A stretch of DNA of 64,000 nt from the NCBI GenBank assembly GCA_964016885.1, contig OZ024745.1:76012001-76076000 (forward strand), given 5' to 3'. Origin of the DNA: Eledone cirrhosa (taxonomy: Eukaryota). Position numbers and translations under genes: made by a program. Shown here piece after piece: positions 1 through 12,904 of the stretch (position 1 is its first letter; each line of letters starts with the position of its first letter). The notes beneath the pieces are model-generated. The model did not search any database. It had not been told where the DNA came from and worked only from the letters and a program-made list of their open reading frames with translations.

Positions 1-190
1 CCCCACTGATCCTGTTGAAAACAGAACTCTCTTCTGTTGCCTGTGTCATAAACCATGTAGATCTACAGCTGGCCTACAAAGTCATCTACAAAGTCATGGA
101 CGCGGATGGGATGACAATGAAGAATCAATAAGAGATGGCAATCGTCTGTGAAGATGCTGCAATCCTCATGTACGTATGTATGTATGCATG
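1..190 (+). mobile_element. 3' end of an RTE-clade LINE (C-terminal C2H2 finger, 3' UTR and (ATGT)n tail)
   Basis: Translates to CCLCHKPCRSTAGLQSHLQSH, like the RTE/BovB C-terminal finger. Followed by a short UTR and an ATGT-repeat tail. Confidence 0.55.
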
Positions 191-1527
191 TAAAACACTC
201 AAAGTGGATAGAACTTGTGGAGCAGAAGACACCCACATACCAGGCTCTGCCCAACTGTTTTCTTTCTGTGCTTGTTGCCATCAAGATCTACAATGTCCTC
301 AGTCTCCAGACTGCCATTTTCCTCTATAAAATTGTGATCTTCTTTTTCCTCTCTTTTTGTTTATTATTTAATTTTTTTTAAATACTTTCATTATTGTATA
401 CTTCTGTTCTTTAATTTATTCCCCCCGCCCCCCACAACAAACATGTTATATATACTGTATACTACTCCAGTTATTGTTTAGCTCCAGGTCAACCCTGATA
501 GAGCAGATCTATGATAATGAGCATTCTAACCATGACAATTTCTTCTTTATTTATGGGCGTGAGATGGGCATATGGGACTTCATTATCTAATGTGTGTCCT
601 CTGAGGGAATTTTGGCTAGCATTTCTATCAAGGAGAACAACCATATAAAAACTCTTCTTAATTCTCTAATGGGTTAAAACTTAGATTCTATACAGGTAAA
701 GCTTCGATAATCCCCTGAGAACTTTATGAAAGATAAAGCCAACATTAATTGACAAAAGCAAACAGTTAACTTCATAAGCTGTTGTCATTAATTTCTGATG
801 TGTAAAGTAAATATGGATGAATGTGACACATTTATTGGCATTTTGTTGAATGACTGTATTAAAGATTAAGAACCTGGAAGAAATAATGCCTCATTTTTTT
901 TGAAAATGGTATTACTTGTTAGTTGTAGCCATAAATCTATATTTGAAATTTGTGTTCATTCTGATCATTATCTCTTGCAGAAATAATGATCAGAATGAAT
1001 CAAGATGGCTTACTTAATAATTTTTAATTTAGGCACAAGACCAACAATTTGGGGTGAGAAGAAGTTGATTTAATCAACTTTATTACCCTCTTCCCATTCT
1101 TGTGACACATTCTCCGCCTCCAACTTAGTCACTTCGGTCACAAACCCTGGTACTGTGGCCCACCATGCAGAGGAAAGGAAGACAAACAACATCACCACGT
1201 CCTAGGCCTAGAGTCCATCACCCTCCCTCTTCCTCCTCTGATTCTTCTGTGACCCTAGAGCCCTTGCCCTTCCCTTCATTTTCCATTTTTAAATATCTGT
1301 AGTATTGTTGTTACTTGAAATAGATTTGTTTATGATTTTTTTGATTTTTATTAATAAAACATAGTTACGTACTTGATTGATACTATATTTTATTGACCTC
1401 CAGAAGGGTAAAAGGTAAAGTTGAGCTGGGTAGGATATAAACTCAGCACATAAAGAACCATAACTAAATGCTATGAGGTATTTTCTCTAATACTCTAAGG
1501 ATTCTATCAATACACCACAATTCTATT

Positions 1528-2790
1528 CTAGGGCGGGTAAAATTCCCGAGATCCATGGACGAGTTCTCTCCAGCGGTCTCTGTCCTTCATTATCGCTGCC
1601 ATGTCCTGCATCTCCAACAGACCAGTGTCTGTCCTTAGGGCATCAACATACATTAACCTTGGTCTTCCTCTTCCAGTGTGTCCATGTAGGGGCTCCCACA
1701 GGAGCACTGAGTGCAATGTCAACTCTGGTGAGCATGTCCAGCTAACCTCAGTCTCCTCTGTGTCACTTTTGAGCTGACTTTTGGGAGGCTCCCATACAGC
1801 CCTGAATTTTTTATCCTCAGTGTATACTGATTAATGTTCAGAGCCATCCTCAGCATTCTCGTGTAGCACCCATCCACCATCTGAGTGAGTTTCTTGGTCA
1901 GTGTCCAAGTCTCAGACCCATACAGAAGCACAGACTCCACTACAGAAATGAAGAGGCGGATTTTCAGGTCTTTACGAAGGTCCAACTTCCACACCGATCT
2001 CAAGCTGTGGCACACCGCCCAGGCTTTGCTCTTCCTCTCAACCACATCATCTTCCGTATTCCCAATCTTTGCTCCCAAATACAGGAAGTCCTCAACCAAT
2101 TCTAGTGGCTTCCCACCTACATTAGTGATCCCCTCTGGCTTCTCAACATTCTCTACCAGATATTTTGTTTTAGTCTCATTCATTCTCAGCCCCACACTCA
2201 TCGACACAGTCTCAACCTCCTGCATCAAATCCTCTGCCTCCTTCACTGTATTTGTCATAAAAACTATGTCGTTGGCAAATTCAGCATCCAATATCTTTTT
2301 CGCCTTAACTCTCCTGCTCTGAGCCGGTGCTACAGTAAAGCCAGAGTTCTGGTGTTTCTCCAGTGCAAGGTGCATACAATAGTCCACTACGATGATAAAA
2401 AGGTAGGGAGCCAATGTATCTCCCTGCAGCACTCCAGCCAGTATCTCCAAGAACTCTGTCATCCCATCAGGTGTAATGACTTGGGCTTTGGTGTTGGTGT
2501 AGAGCAGTGATATCAGGTCCACTATCTTCTTGGGGATTCCATAAGCCTGTAAGATCTTCATCAGGCAGTGATGGTCCACAGAATCAAAGGCCTTCCTAAA
2601 GTCAATGAAAACCATGACCGCAGGAAGGCACGTTGCTCTAGCTCCCTCTAATATCAGCATCAGGATGTGACTGGTGATTGATCTTCCCTTTCTGAAGCCA
2701 TTCTGGTTGTCCCTGAGCTTCTTCTCCATCTCAGGTTGGATCCTGTTAAGAATCATCCTGTTGAGGGTCTTTGCCACAAGTGACACCACA
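1528..2790 (-). mobile_element. 5'-truncated RTE/RTEX non-LTR retrotransposon, RT domain to 3' end, degenerate
   Basis: ORFs 1719-2801 and 1528-1722 contain QNGFR, FIDFRKAFDSV, GVLQGDTLAPYLF, a YADD box decayed to FAND, FLYLG, LLYGSETW, RRLRLAGH and RGRP. Frameshift near 1720. Confidence 0.9.
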
Positions 2791-3555
2791 ATATAAACCA
2801 TTAATAGTGTCTAGTTTCAAACACTTCAACTACAGGCATCTACTTACGTTGCTTTTTTAACAAAATGCTTTAACAACTCTTCCTCTATGAGAGTTTTATA
2901 TGGACGTAGGAACTGGATCAAATACAGGAAATTCTACTAACTAGTTTCTCTCATCCATACCATCAACATTTCAAAAGGATTCAAACCATAATTAATAGCC
3001 ATATTATGCAATAACTTGGCTATCACTCTCTTTTCTATAGGTCATGTAAAGCTATAGCATTAGAAATATATTATTTTTACTGTTTAGACAGGAAAGGAAT
3101 GGTTCTTTTTAGGGGCTCCAAAACTGGTGGGAAGGAAGATAGGGTGCATCCTCAAATTGGAGGCGTTACCCAAATTAGATCCAAGGGATAGGTGATGGTG
3201 TTAAATCAAATGACAGATTAAGCCTACCAGTTTTATTATCATCCTCACTACATATTAATCTTTTTCTCATTAACCCTTTCATTATCATATTTCTAAGGAA
3301 AGGTACTTTGAAAAATTGCTGATAATTTGAAGAGATTTAGTAACTAGTAATTTTATAACTAAATTTTTTATTATTAAGCTGGTGTGTGGAACATAACTTA
3401 ACAAATGTTCTTATATAAAATGATGATGGAAGAATTTTAGATAAATATAAACACTTGAAAACAAAGTCTTGTATCATAGGACTGGGGGCTGTAAAGGCCC
3501 CGCAGCTTTAGATAATTTCAATAAAATTAAAATCTCTTTGACTCAGAAATAATTG

Positions 3556-3673
3556 CTTCTTCTTCTTCTTCTTCTTCTTCTTCTTCTTCTTCTTCTTCTT
3601 CTTCTTCTTCTTCTTCTTCTTCTTCTTCTTCTTCTTCTTCTCCTCCTCCTCCTCCTCCTCCTCCTCCTCCTCC
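3556..3673. repeat. (CTT)n/(CTC)n microsatellite, probably the tail of the adjacent minus-strand LINE fragment
   Basis: Directly visible; accounts for the poly-Leu ORF. Confidence 0.95.
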
Positions 3674-4068
3674 TTTACCCACTTATTCCTGAGAGGATCA
3701 TGATTAGAGAGTCCTCAAATACTCCTTCCAGCGGGTCCTGTCAGAAGCAACCATCTCCAACTGATCTGATTGGATCCCCAAGCGAGTCCATCCAAGTTCA
3801 TGGATGTTATCCAACCATCTTGCCCAGGGTCTGCCCCTGGGTCTCCTACTAGTTGGTTTTACCCATAAAATCTGTCCAGCTATTCTTTCCTGAGACATTC
3901 TAACCACATGCCTATAATATTGGAGCTGTGATCTCTAAATTTCGTGAAGTAGTGGTACTACATGGAGAGACTCTCTGATCTCCAAGCTATGCATTCTATC
4001 AAGTAACGTTACTCCAAAGACCCTTAGGAGGAACCCCATTTCGGTTGCTTGCATCGCAATCGTATTCT
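3674..4068 (-). mobile_element. RTE-like LINE 3' fragment
   Basis: GHVVRM...RRPRGRPWARWLD...DRTRW motifs typical of the RTE ORF C-terminus, ending in an (AGG)/(AAG) tail. Confidence 0.75.
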
Positions 4069-4939
4069 AATTTAAACATAAGGATAGCTATTTTATGGAA
4101 AGGGTATGGTCAGTTATATTGATTCCAGTACTTGACTGGTACTCTATTTCATTGACTCTAGAAGGATGAACGGCAAAGTTACATTAGTGAGATTTCAAGC
4201 CAGAATGTAGAGGGCTATAACAAAATACTGCTATGTATTTCATTCACCACACTAACAATTCTTTCAATGCATTGCCCTAGACACAGTAATAATAAATAAT
4301 TAGAATTCAGAAGAGTGAATTTAGGAGTGTAAATGTTTTAATTTACTCAGATGTTTATATTTGTATACACTTCATAAAAGACATTGCCATTGACGTGATT
4401 AGGAAGCTCTTATTGTCTTTAACTCTTTTGATTCTGACTTGCCTAAACTAGTTCTGGCTCTATAAGGTAAAAATCACCCATTTTAAATTTAAATTTTCCT
4501 ACATAATTTGATATAAGAAACTTTAAGTTGTGTGACAGATACCATTTTCACAATGAAATAATAATTTTAGTAAATCCCTCCAAATTCTTTATTAATTAAT
4601 TAAAAAACAGTGTTTCATTAGAAATATTGGGATGAAAGTGAGGAGTTGGAAATTTGATGGTTTCTCTCTCTACCTATGGTTTTTATAATTCCAAATTGCA
4701 AAATAGATCTCAAATTTAATGCAATATAACCTTTTAGTTTGAAACCAGATGAACTAGTAGATTCATCAATTTATAAACAGCAATATTGAAGCATTGCCAT
4801 CAGCAATTGTCCAACTATAATTTTATTTTGTGTTGCCAAGTTACCTAATTTTCTGCTAGAACTAGGATGAACATATTTACTATAGTTCAATCTGCCAGCA
4901 TTTATTTACATCAAGCAATATGAATTCCACCTATATTAA

Positions 4940-5330
4940 ATAGATTTACATCCCATTTTTTTGGGGTTATTTAAAGTTCGTTTGTGCTGCATTTTTATAA
5001 TGATGTTCTGAATTTCCAATTTTTGCTGCTTAGATTCTTTGTGAGTTTGATTTGTTAACTCTGGTAACCCATCACTACTCAGGATACAGCCAGCATTGCA
5101 TTGGAAAAGTACTTTGGTCATAGTATTCGAATATTAAGTTCAGAATATGTGGTATGTCAATCACGGCACCAAAATTCCACATACATTGTTTTAAACAATT
5201 ATTGAAATATTTTCCTATGTGGTGCAACTAATTGTTAATTGGGAGGAAGCATTTTTAGTTTAATATTTGGATTTGAAAGTACTTCTAATGGTGTCACAGA
5301 ATGACACAATTAGTAGAACTTTGATACAAC
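4940..5330 (-). pseudogene. Highly degenerate pogo/Tigger-like DDE transposase relic
   Basis: Across frameshifts it reads KVLLIV...EVLSNPNIKLKMLPPN and later TMTKVLFQCNAG. These resemble the pogo motifs KVLLILDN / IKVxFLPPN / TIxNCFxKAG. Confidence 0.4.
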
Positions 5331-5834
5331 CTAATTTGGGGGTTGTTGCCACACTAAAAAAAGTTGTTTGTACATCTACTTTTCATTGTTTTACAGTCAC
5401 ATGCCTTTCCTGACACCAACACTTTTAGTTGCTTCTAGGGATATATGATGAACATATTCTGTACATTTGCCTCTTTGCAATATACATAGAAACTATCATT
5501 ATGCTTTTTAAAGATTTATATAACAGTACTTTAAAGATTCAAAATTGCTGATTTTCTTTTTTTTTTGTTTGCTTGCCAATTAAGGCTTGTAAACATCCAA
5601 ACAAGTCCATCCAGTTTTTTAAAACTCCTTTGAGTATTTGTGGAAGCAGTAAAATTTCTTCTAGTTAATGGTTAAAAAAGACATTGTGATTTTAAAAAAA
5701 CAACACTTTTTCTTGTTTCTTTTTAAATATTAAATATACTTAAGAAAAAAGAAAAGCAACCAAACAATAAAAGACCATAGAGAGAAGCCAAGAAAATTGT
5801 CGAATAAAGTTTGAAAATTGTTATCAATTTACTA

Positions 5835-6990
5835 GAGTCATGGGCAAACAGTGACCTATGAGCTGCATGTAACCCTTTTGGCTTTCTGAATGGTACACAA
5901 AATTTCAAAACTGCCTTGAACTTTTTAGTAGTGTGGCCCACCTTATGATGAGCCACATCCTATGTGGCCCACCTTATGATGAGCCACATCCTATGAAGCC
6001 CACCTTATGATGAGCCACATCCTATGTGGCCCACCTTATGATGAGCCACATCCTATGTGGCCCACCTTATGATGAGCCACATCCTATGTGGCCCACCTTA
6101 TGATGAGCCACATCCTATGTGGCCCACCTTATGATGAGCCACATCCTATGTGGCCCACCTTATGATGAGCCACATCCTATGTGGCCCACCTTATGATGAG
6201 CCACATCCTATGTGGCCCACCTTATGATGAGCCACATCCTATGAAGCCCACCTTATGATGAGCCACATCCTATGTGGCCCACCTTATGATGAGCCACATC
6301 CTATGTGGCCCACCTTATGATGAGCCACATCCTATGTGGCCCACCTTATGATGAGCCACATCCTATGTGGCCCACCTTATGATGAGCCACATCCTATGTG
6401 GCCCACCTTATGATGAGCCACATCCTATGTGGCCCACCTTATGATGAGCCACATCCTATGTGGCTCACCTTATGATGAGCCACATCCTATGAAGCCCACC
6501 TTATGATGAGCCACATCCTATGTGGCCCACCTTATGATGAGCCACATCCTATGTGGCCCACCTTATGATGAGCCACATCCTATGTGGCCCACCTTATGAT
6601 GAGCCACATCCTATGTGGCCCACCTTATGATGAGCCACATCCTATGTGGCTCACCTTATGATGAGCCACATCCTATGAAGCCCACCTTATGATGAGCCAC
6701 ATCCTATGTGGCCCACCTTATGATGAGCCACATCCTATGTGGCCCACCTTATGATGAGCCACATCCTATGTGGCCCACCTTATGATGAGCCACATCCTAT
6801 GTGGCTCACCTTATGATGAGCCACATCCTATGAAGCCCACCTTATGATGAGCCATATCCTATGTGGCCCACCTTATGATGAGCCACATCCTATGTGGCCC
6901 ACCTTATGATGAGCCACATCCTATGTGGCCCACCTTATGATGAGCCACATCCTATGTAGCCTACTGCTTAAAAAAGGTTGCCCATGCCTA
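5835..6990. mobile_element. Non-autonomous hAT element (MITE) with an internal minisatellite
   Basis: Imperfect TIRs GAGTCATGGGCAAAC ... GGTTGCCCATGCCTA. Candidate 8-bp TSD ATTTACTA (5827-5834) / GTCTACTA (6991-6998), 6/8 match. Confidence 0.7.
5933..6955. repeat. 31-bp minisatellite, 33 copies (GTGGCCCACCTTATGATGAGCCACATCCTAT)
   Basis: Head-to-tail units with no spacers. Recurrent variant units begin GAAGCCC or GTGGCTC. Confidence 0.97.
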
Positions 6991-8357
6991 GTCTACTATG
7001 TGGAAGAAAGCAAGCAGTGAATAAATTAGTATAAATTCCTTTGTTCAATAACACAAGGAAATTTCAATCTACTACGATTACTGAAAATCTAAAGCATTAG
7101 CTGATGGGAAAACAGTGGAAGTACCATTTTATCTCTGCAGTTTGATGAAACCACAAACATTAAGAGTGGGGCATAACTTAATATTTGTGATTTCCAAGAG
7201 CAAAATTTGGGGAAAATTGTCTAGCATTATCTCCTTTGCTTGAGAGTCAGAGGACAAACTAGAAGTGAATATATTTTTTCTAAGCATAACAATTTCATGG
7301 AAAATTAAATTTCATCTGCAGTCAAATATATTGTAGAATAAATAAGTATTGCAGCCATGATAGGAAAACATAAAAGAGCCACCACTTGAATAGAAGAAAA
7401 ATTCCAGAATCGCACTCTTTTACTTTGTTTTTTTTCCACATTAGGAAAACTGACTGCCAAAGAACTGAACACTTGTAATGACCTGTAAAATGAACTAGAA
7501 GAATTGTTGTAAGATGTAGCAAATATTGTCACTGCTATCTGCTTAGAAGCACAAAGATTTTGAATGTTTTCTGAGCTATGCAAGGATGTTTGCAGATGAC
7601 ATGATTCAATGCCTGCATTTTGATGTTTAATAGAATAAGTATTGTTACTGAAAAACTACCTATTTTTTTTTTTTATGAGTAAGGTTAGGGATTAGGTTAA
7701 AATATTTCACTGATGAATTTTTGTGGAACAAACTGTTTACTTTCATTTTTGAATACTTAAATTGTCCCAAGTTGTCACTTCAAGGTAAAAGAAATGGCAT
7801 TTTCAATGTCTTTATGACAATAGAATACACAGAAATGAAGGTCACTATATGGCATAGTAATGTTCACAAAGATGATTTTTCAATTTTCTGACATTTAGAA
7901 AGTTTTCTCAAAGTGAGGGAAAGGGAAAACAATCTGCATTGAAGAAAACACTTAAGGTCATTCTTTTTTACCATATGTAGTTTATGTCTAGAAATTGTCA
8001 AACATTTTCCTCTTAAGCATTTTAAGATGAAAATTGAAGTGTGGGTAGTTAATCTATTTATCACCAGCTACACCAGTAGATCAGAATTTGGGATTTGGGG
8101 AAATGACAAAAGTGTTTAGGGACTTTCATTAATAAATCAATTTTTGAGATGTATTTCTACAAAGGAGTCTATTAGGTTGGATTAATTGCTTTCCCAGAAT
8201 ACAAAACAATTGCTTTGATGGCTTTTCCATCACTAATAATGGTTTCTAACAGGTACAAGGCCAGTAATTTTTTGGGAGGGGTAAGTCAGTTAAACTGACC
8301 CCAGTACTGGACTTGTTCTTTATTTCATTGATCCTGGAAGGATGAAAAGCAAAGTTA

Positions 8358-8935
8358 CTACCGAGGAGCTTTGCCAGTTTGAGATAAACTCTACAGGCAT
8401 GGAAGTGCCGTCAGCCGAGCCTGTCCGAGATGTGTGCATGGCAATGAAACTGTCCTGCATGTAATTGTCCAGTCTGAACATTGCTGACTTATGGGCTTAT
8501 GTTGAACACCTGCTGTCACATGTAGGACATATCAGGTTATCAACCGTGTCCATTGTGAAGATTGTCCCACCGTCTTCTTTTAGTCAAGAAGGGCAGGCTG
8601 TTTTTATCTGTCTTGTGGCCATGGCAAAACAGGTTGTATGGTGGATATGCTTGAAAGGTTTGAAGACGAGCACTTTCCTCTTTAGTGAAGCCCTGATTAT
8701 CTTCTTCAGGTTTCACTTGAAGAGGAAAATCAGGGTGGAAAAGGAAGTACTGCTTTCAAAGCAATTTGTTGAAAAGTGGGTGAGCAAAAAGTGAGCACGG
8801 CTCGAGTGAATGGGCCCACTCTGAGTGTGAGCCTGTAGATTGGAGGTGTATAACTTGGACAGGGCACTCATGGTTTTATTGTTTTTTTTACACGAGTGAC
8901 CTTCAAACGTCTCCTGCATATTGAGGAACCTCCTT
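8358..8935 (+). mobile_element. 3' fragment of a Tx1/L1-type LINE ORF2 (zinc-knuckle region)
   Basis: GALPV..DKLYRHG...ACPRC..GNETVLHVIVQ...LWAYVE...AKQVVWW, matching the CPxC..ETxxH..C..W motif. Confidence 0.65.
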
Positions 8936-8949
8936 TGTTTTAATTTTAT

Positions 8950-9470
8950 TATCTTCCCTTTTTTAACATTGTTATAATTTGTTTACATGCAGTCCAGCTG
9001 AGAATGGATGCACTATATCTGACCACTGCAATTGCCCAGATATTGATTGCAGTGACCATATTTCTCGCATTCAAGTTGGATTTTAAAATCATTTTTACTC
9101 TTTTTAAATATATCCCTCTAACCTTTTCTTTCATTTCTGTGTGCAAAATATCATCTAGTTCTGAGATACCCAAATATTTATAGCTACTGTCTTCTGGTTC
9201 TTCCATCGTTTCTCCTAATGCCAGTCATAATCCACTACAGGCTGCTTTCTTCCCTCTTTTCATGTTGAGTACAGAGCATTTGGAAATCCCAAATTCCATA
9301 CCGATGTTACTGCTATATATCTGGATTGTTTTAACCAATAAGTCTATTTGGTTTTCAGACTTCCCAAACAGTTTCAGATCATCCATAAATAGAATATGGT
9401 TTATAAATAGCTCCTGCTTTCCAAATTGGTACCCCATTTTTATTTTTCTGAGTGTGAGTGTTATGAGTCC
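8950..9470 (-). mobile_element. R4/Dong-clade non-LTR retrotransposon RT fragment
   Basis: INHILFMDDLKLF, IGMEFGISKC, YKYLGI.E.D.I.H..MKEK, ILKSNLNARN..TAIN.WA. Confidence 0.8.
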
Positions 9471-9579
9471 TCTTGGAAGATACCTCTTTTAATTTATACT
9501 TTTCCCAGAAAGATGTTGCTTGAATATAACTTGGTTTATTATTATTAATATTATTATTATTCATAATGCTTTTGTTCTG

Positions 9580-9900
9580 GCAGATGTTATACCTACACTA
9601 TACCAACAGAGCGAGCCATAGCCAATGGCCAAAGGACCCTTGGGTCATTCCTTCTCCTTCAACTTTCCAACACCCTTCTTAGAATTCTTACTGCTCCCAG
9701 CTGTTTTCTGCAACCAACCTGTCCTGATGGTAATTCCTAGCTTCTCAAGCCATGTATCCAACCTTTTATTAACTGTTCCCAGTGCTCTAACCACAATTGG
9801 TACCACTTCTACGTGTTTGATTCTCCACAGTTTCCTGATTTCTCTCTTCAGCACCTGGTATTTCTCAACTTTTTCACTTTCTTTCTCATTCAGTCTTACG
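9580..9900 (-). mobile_element. R4/Dong-clade element C-terminus (restriction-like endonuclease end) and 3' UTR
   Basis: EKVEKYQVLKREIRKLW...VVPIVV.ALG...LQKTA; flanked by (TAA)n tracts. Confidence 0.75.
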
Positions 9901-9964
9901 GTGAAACAATATACACAATACATGCCTTATTATTACTATTATTATAAATAACTGAAACAATTAT

Positions 9965-10720
9965 GACTGGGGTAATTGCTGGCCTTGTGCCAAAAGTAGA
10001 AACATTATTATTATTATTTTTATTATTATTATTGGTGGTATCAGAATCATTGGCAGTATCAGTAGAACGTCGGACACCATGATTCACGGCATAGAGCTAC
10101 GGCCCTTTATGTTTTGAATTCAAATCCCGCCTAGGTTAGCTTTGCCTTTCATCCTTACGAGGTCAATAAAATAAAGCACTAGTCAATAAAGCACTGAGGT
10201 CAATTTAATCGATTTTCCTCCTCCCCTCAAATTTCTGGCCTTGTGCCTATAGTAGAAATCATTATTATTATTATTATTATTATTACGTCCCTTTACGATC
10301 TGAGTTCAAATCCCGCCGAGGTTAACTTTGCCTTTCATCCTTACGGGGTCGATAAAATAAAGTACCAGTAATGCACTGGGTAATTGCTGGCCTTGTGCCT
10401 AAAGTAGAAGTCATTATTATTATTGTTATTATTGTCATTTGACAGAATCATTAAAGTGTCAGACAAACTGCTTTGCAATATTTATTTCCAACTCATTATG
10501 TTTGGAGTTAAAACCCACTAATATTGACTTTTCCTCTCCTACTTCCAATGATGATAAAATCCTGTGCAAATGAACTTGGCCTTTCATCCTTCTTCAGTAA
10601 AAAAAAAAATGATGTACCAATCAAATATTGGGCTCGATGTGCTCCGATCATGCCCACCCTCTCCAAATAAATAAATAAAACTTTCTGGCCTTGTGCCTAA
10701 ATTCAAAATCATTAATATTA
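9965..10720 (+). mobile_element. Cluster of about 4 full or partial copies of SINE family 2 (Meta-like core, (ATT)n tail)
   Basis: Repeated GAGTTCAAATCCCGCC B-box, CTTTGCCTTTCATCCTTACGGGGTCGATAAAATAAAGTACCAG core and GGCCTTGTGCCTAAAGTAGAA-(ATT)n end. Confidence 0.8.
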
Positions 10721-12859
10721 CTGTTGCTGATGCAGGGATTGCTGCTGTTATCTGAAATAAACTGTTTCTGTTGCTATCACTACCATATTATACATGAAAG
10801 TATACATATATACTGCCCATACTAACTCTTTCATTTCTACTCTCTTTCATTTTATCATTTCTCTCTCTTTTTCTCCCCCTCCCTCTCTCTCTCTCTATAT
10901 ATATATCATATTATCTCTCTCTCTATATATATTATATATATTATATTATATTATAGAAATATATATCCCCCTCACTTTTTCTTGCTCTCTCACTCGCTCT
11001 TTCTCATATCTTCTCAATGTCTACATCTTGTTCTCTCTGTTTTTTCTTTCTCTATCTCCCTCTCTCTCTCTCACCACACTTGCTCTTTCTTACATCTATC
11101 ATGCTTCCCCTTCTGTCTCTTCATTTACTTTCTTCTTGCTCTTCTTTTACTTCTTTTTCTTTCTTTCTTTCCACACATATCATCCTTCTCCTTTTCTCTT
11201 TTACTATCAAATTTCATATATTTTTTTCTCTCCCTCCCTCTGCTTCTATAGTGAGTGCCAAGTACACATGTACACAACTATATACATGTATTTGTGTGAT
11301 CCATACCAATTAACACAGCCGTTAACGTTAACGCTGACTCTCTCCTTTATTTTTTTTATTCTCCTTTCCTCTCACATTCTTACAACATATTTTCCCTGTC
11401 TTTCTTCATTCCTCATTCCCCTCTAGCTCTCCCCCCTCTCTTTCTCTTCCCCATCTTCTCTCTCTCTCACCCCCTCGCTCTTTTTCTCTCACTCATTATT
11501 TTTCTTTCTTCCTATGGTGTTTAAAATAATATGCTAGCATCATAATTGTATTATTGTAGTACAGGAACAAACAAAATAAAAATAAGAATGTTTTCTTGCT
11601 AAAGAAAGAAAGAAAGAGACTTGTATGATGTGTCTTGTATGATATTCTGATATTTTATTACCGCGTCATAAGTACTTATTTGTTAGAGGATTTGTGAGTT
11701 GTCCCTGGATTGACTGAAGGATTGTTGCATTCATAGATTCATTGACAGATGGTTGGGTGGTGGTCTGTTGTGTGAAATGGATGGCCTTTTAGTTACATGG
11801 AGAGAGAGAGAGTGAGAGAGAGAGAGAGAAGGTAAGGGAGATAAAGAGAGACTGATAGTTTGGTTGATGAATAGAAGACAGATAGAAAGAATAATTACTA
11901 TCTAGATTGAGGAATGACCTGCTGTATTATTGTATAGATGAATGGATTCATAGATGATTCAATGAATGGATAAATTTATACCCGATTAGTTATAATTAAT
12001 AATGTCTGGTTAGCCTGAAGAATTGATAGATAGCTGTATGGAGAAATAGTTTGATGGATGGATTGATAAATATATTTATTAGTGATAGGTATATATATAT
12101 ATTCTACTGCCAATCCAATATCTCTATAACCCCTAGACAATCGGGGCATATGTAATTGGTCTAACCTCTACGGTAAATATGCATATGTAGTAACTCTTTG
12201 CCAGATGTGTGTTTTTTACAGTAACTAAACCATTGTTGTTAGGTTTTTTTTTGCTTCAGCTTTATCTGGTAATAACCCTGCTTTGCTTGTGTATGGCTTG
12301 TATTTATGTGGTACCTATCTATATACTTGTTGAACACCCCTGGGCCACGTAATTCAATTACCTACTAGTATACCTTGTTTATGTATACTATGGTGAAGAT
12401 TAAAACCACCTCTTAGTATTTATATAGCTATAAGTTATGGAGATCTTATTCACTTGTTATATATAGGGACCAGCGCTTAGCTTCCTCTGGCTTTTTATGT
12501 GCTTAAAACCTTTTCTTTTTTCTTTTTTTTTCTTTCTTTTTCCTTTTTTCTTTTTAAATTTTTAAATCTTTTTTATTTATTTTTTATCTCTTTATATTAC
12601 CTTCCTTTTACTTTTTTATTATATGTTTTAACCATTGTTTATACTTTTTGCTTTTGTGTGCCATCACTTGCATCTGCATCTTGTGAAAAATCTGCCTGTA
12701 CCCTAGCATTTAACTGGAGTGCTTAATAACAACCCCAATATGTACTCTCTCCTTATTCGCCATCTCCGATCTCCCTATTTTTACCCTCTATTGTATTCCA
12801 ATGTTTGCGTGACTAAGCTTGGTAGAGCTTATACTCAGCACTGTGTTTGTGTTTATTAA

Positions 12860-12904
12860 GCTCTGATGATTCCTGCCCAATGGTATGGATGAAACATTGT
12901 CAGC
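12860..12904 (+). ncRNA. Type-I hammerhead ribozyme motif (Penelope pLTR-like)
   Basis: GCU-CUGAUGA-[UUCC UGCC CAAU GGUA UGGA U]-GAAAC-AUU-GUC^AGC. Short stem I GCU/AGC, followed by AATAAA and (TA)n. Confidence 0.6.

Larger units (their letters stand above)
5770..7600 (+). pseudogene. Degenerate hAT (Charlie/Buster-type) transposase relic interrupted by a MITE
   Basis: KRP*REAKKIVE*SLKIVINLL|CGRKQAVNKLV*IPLFNNT reads in frame once 5835-6998 is removed. Further on, with stops and frameshifts: SLQFDETTNI, QTRSEYIF, AAMIGKHK, ELL*DVANIVTAI...FSELCKD. Confidence 0.7.

Noticed and set aside
5933-6955. CRISPR-like appearance of the 31-bp repeats
   Set aside because: No unique spacers, no cas genes and a eukaryotic context; it is a plain tandem array.
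10794-11426. 210-aa hydrophobic ORF, and the similar poly-YI, poly-L and GGREGG ORFs elsewhere
   Set aside because: Translations of CT-rich, TA and minisatellite low-complexity DNA.
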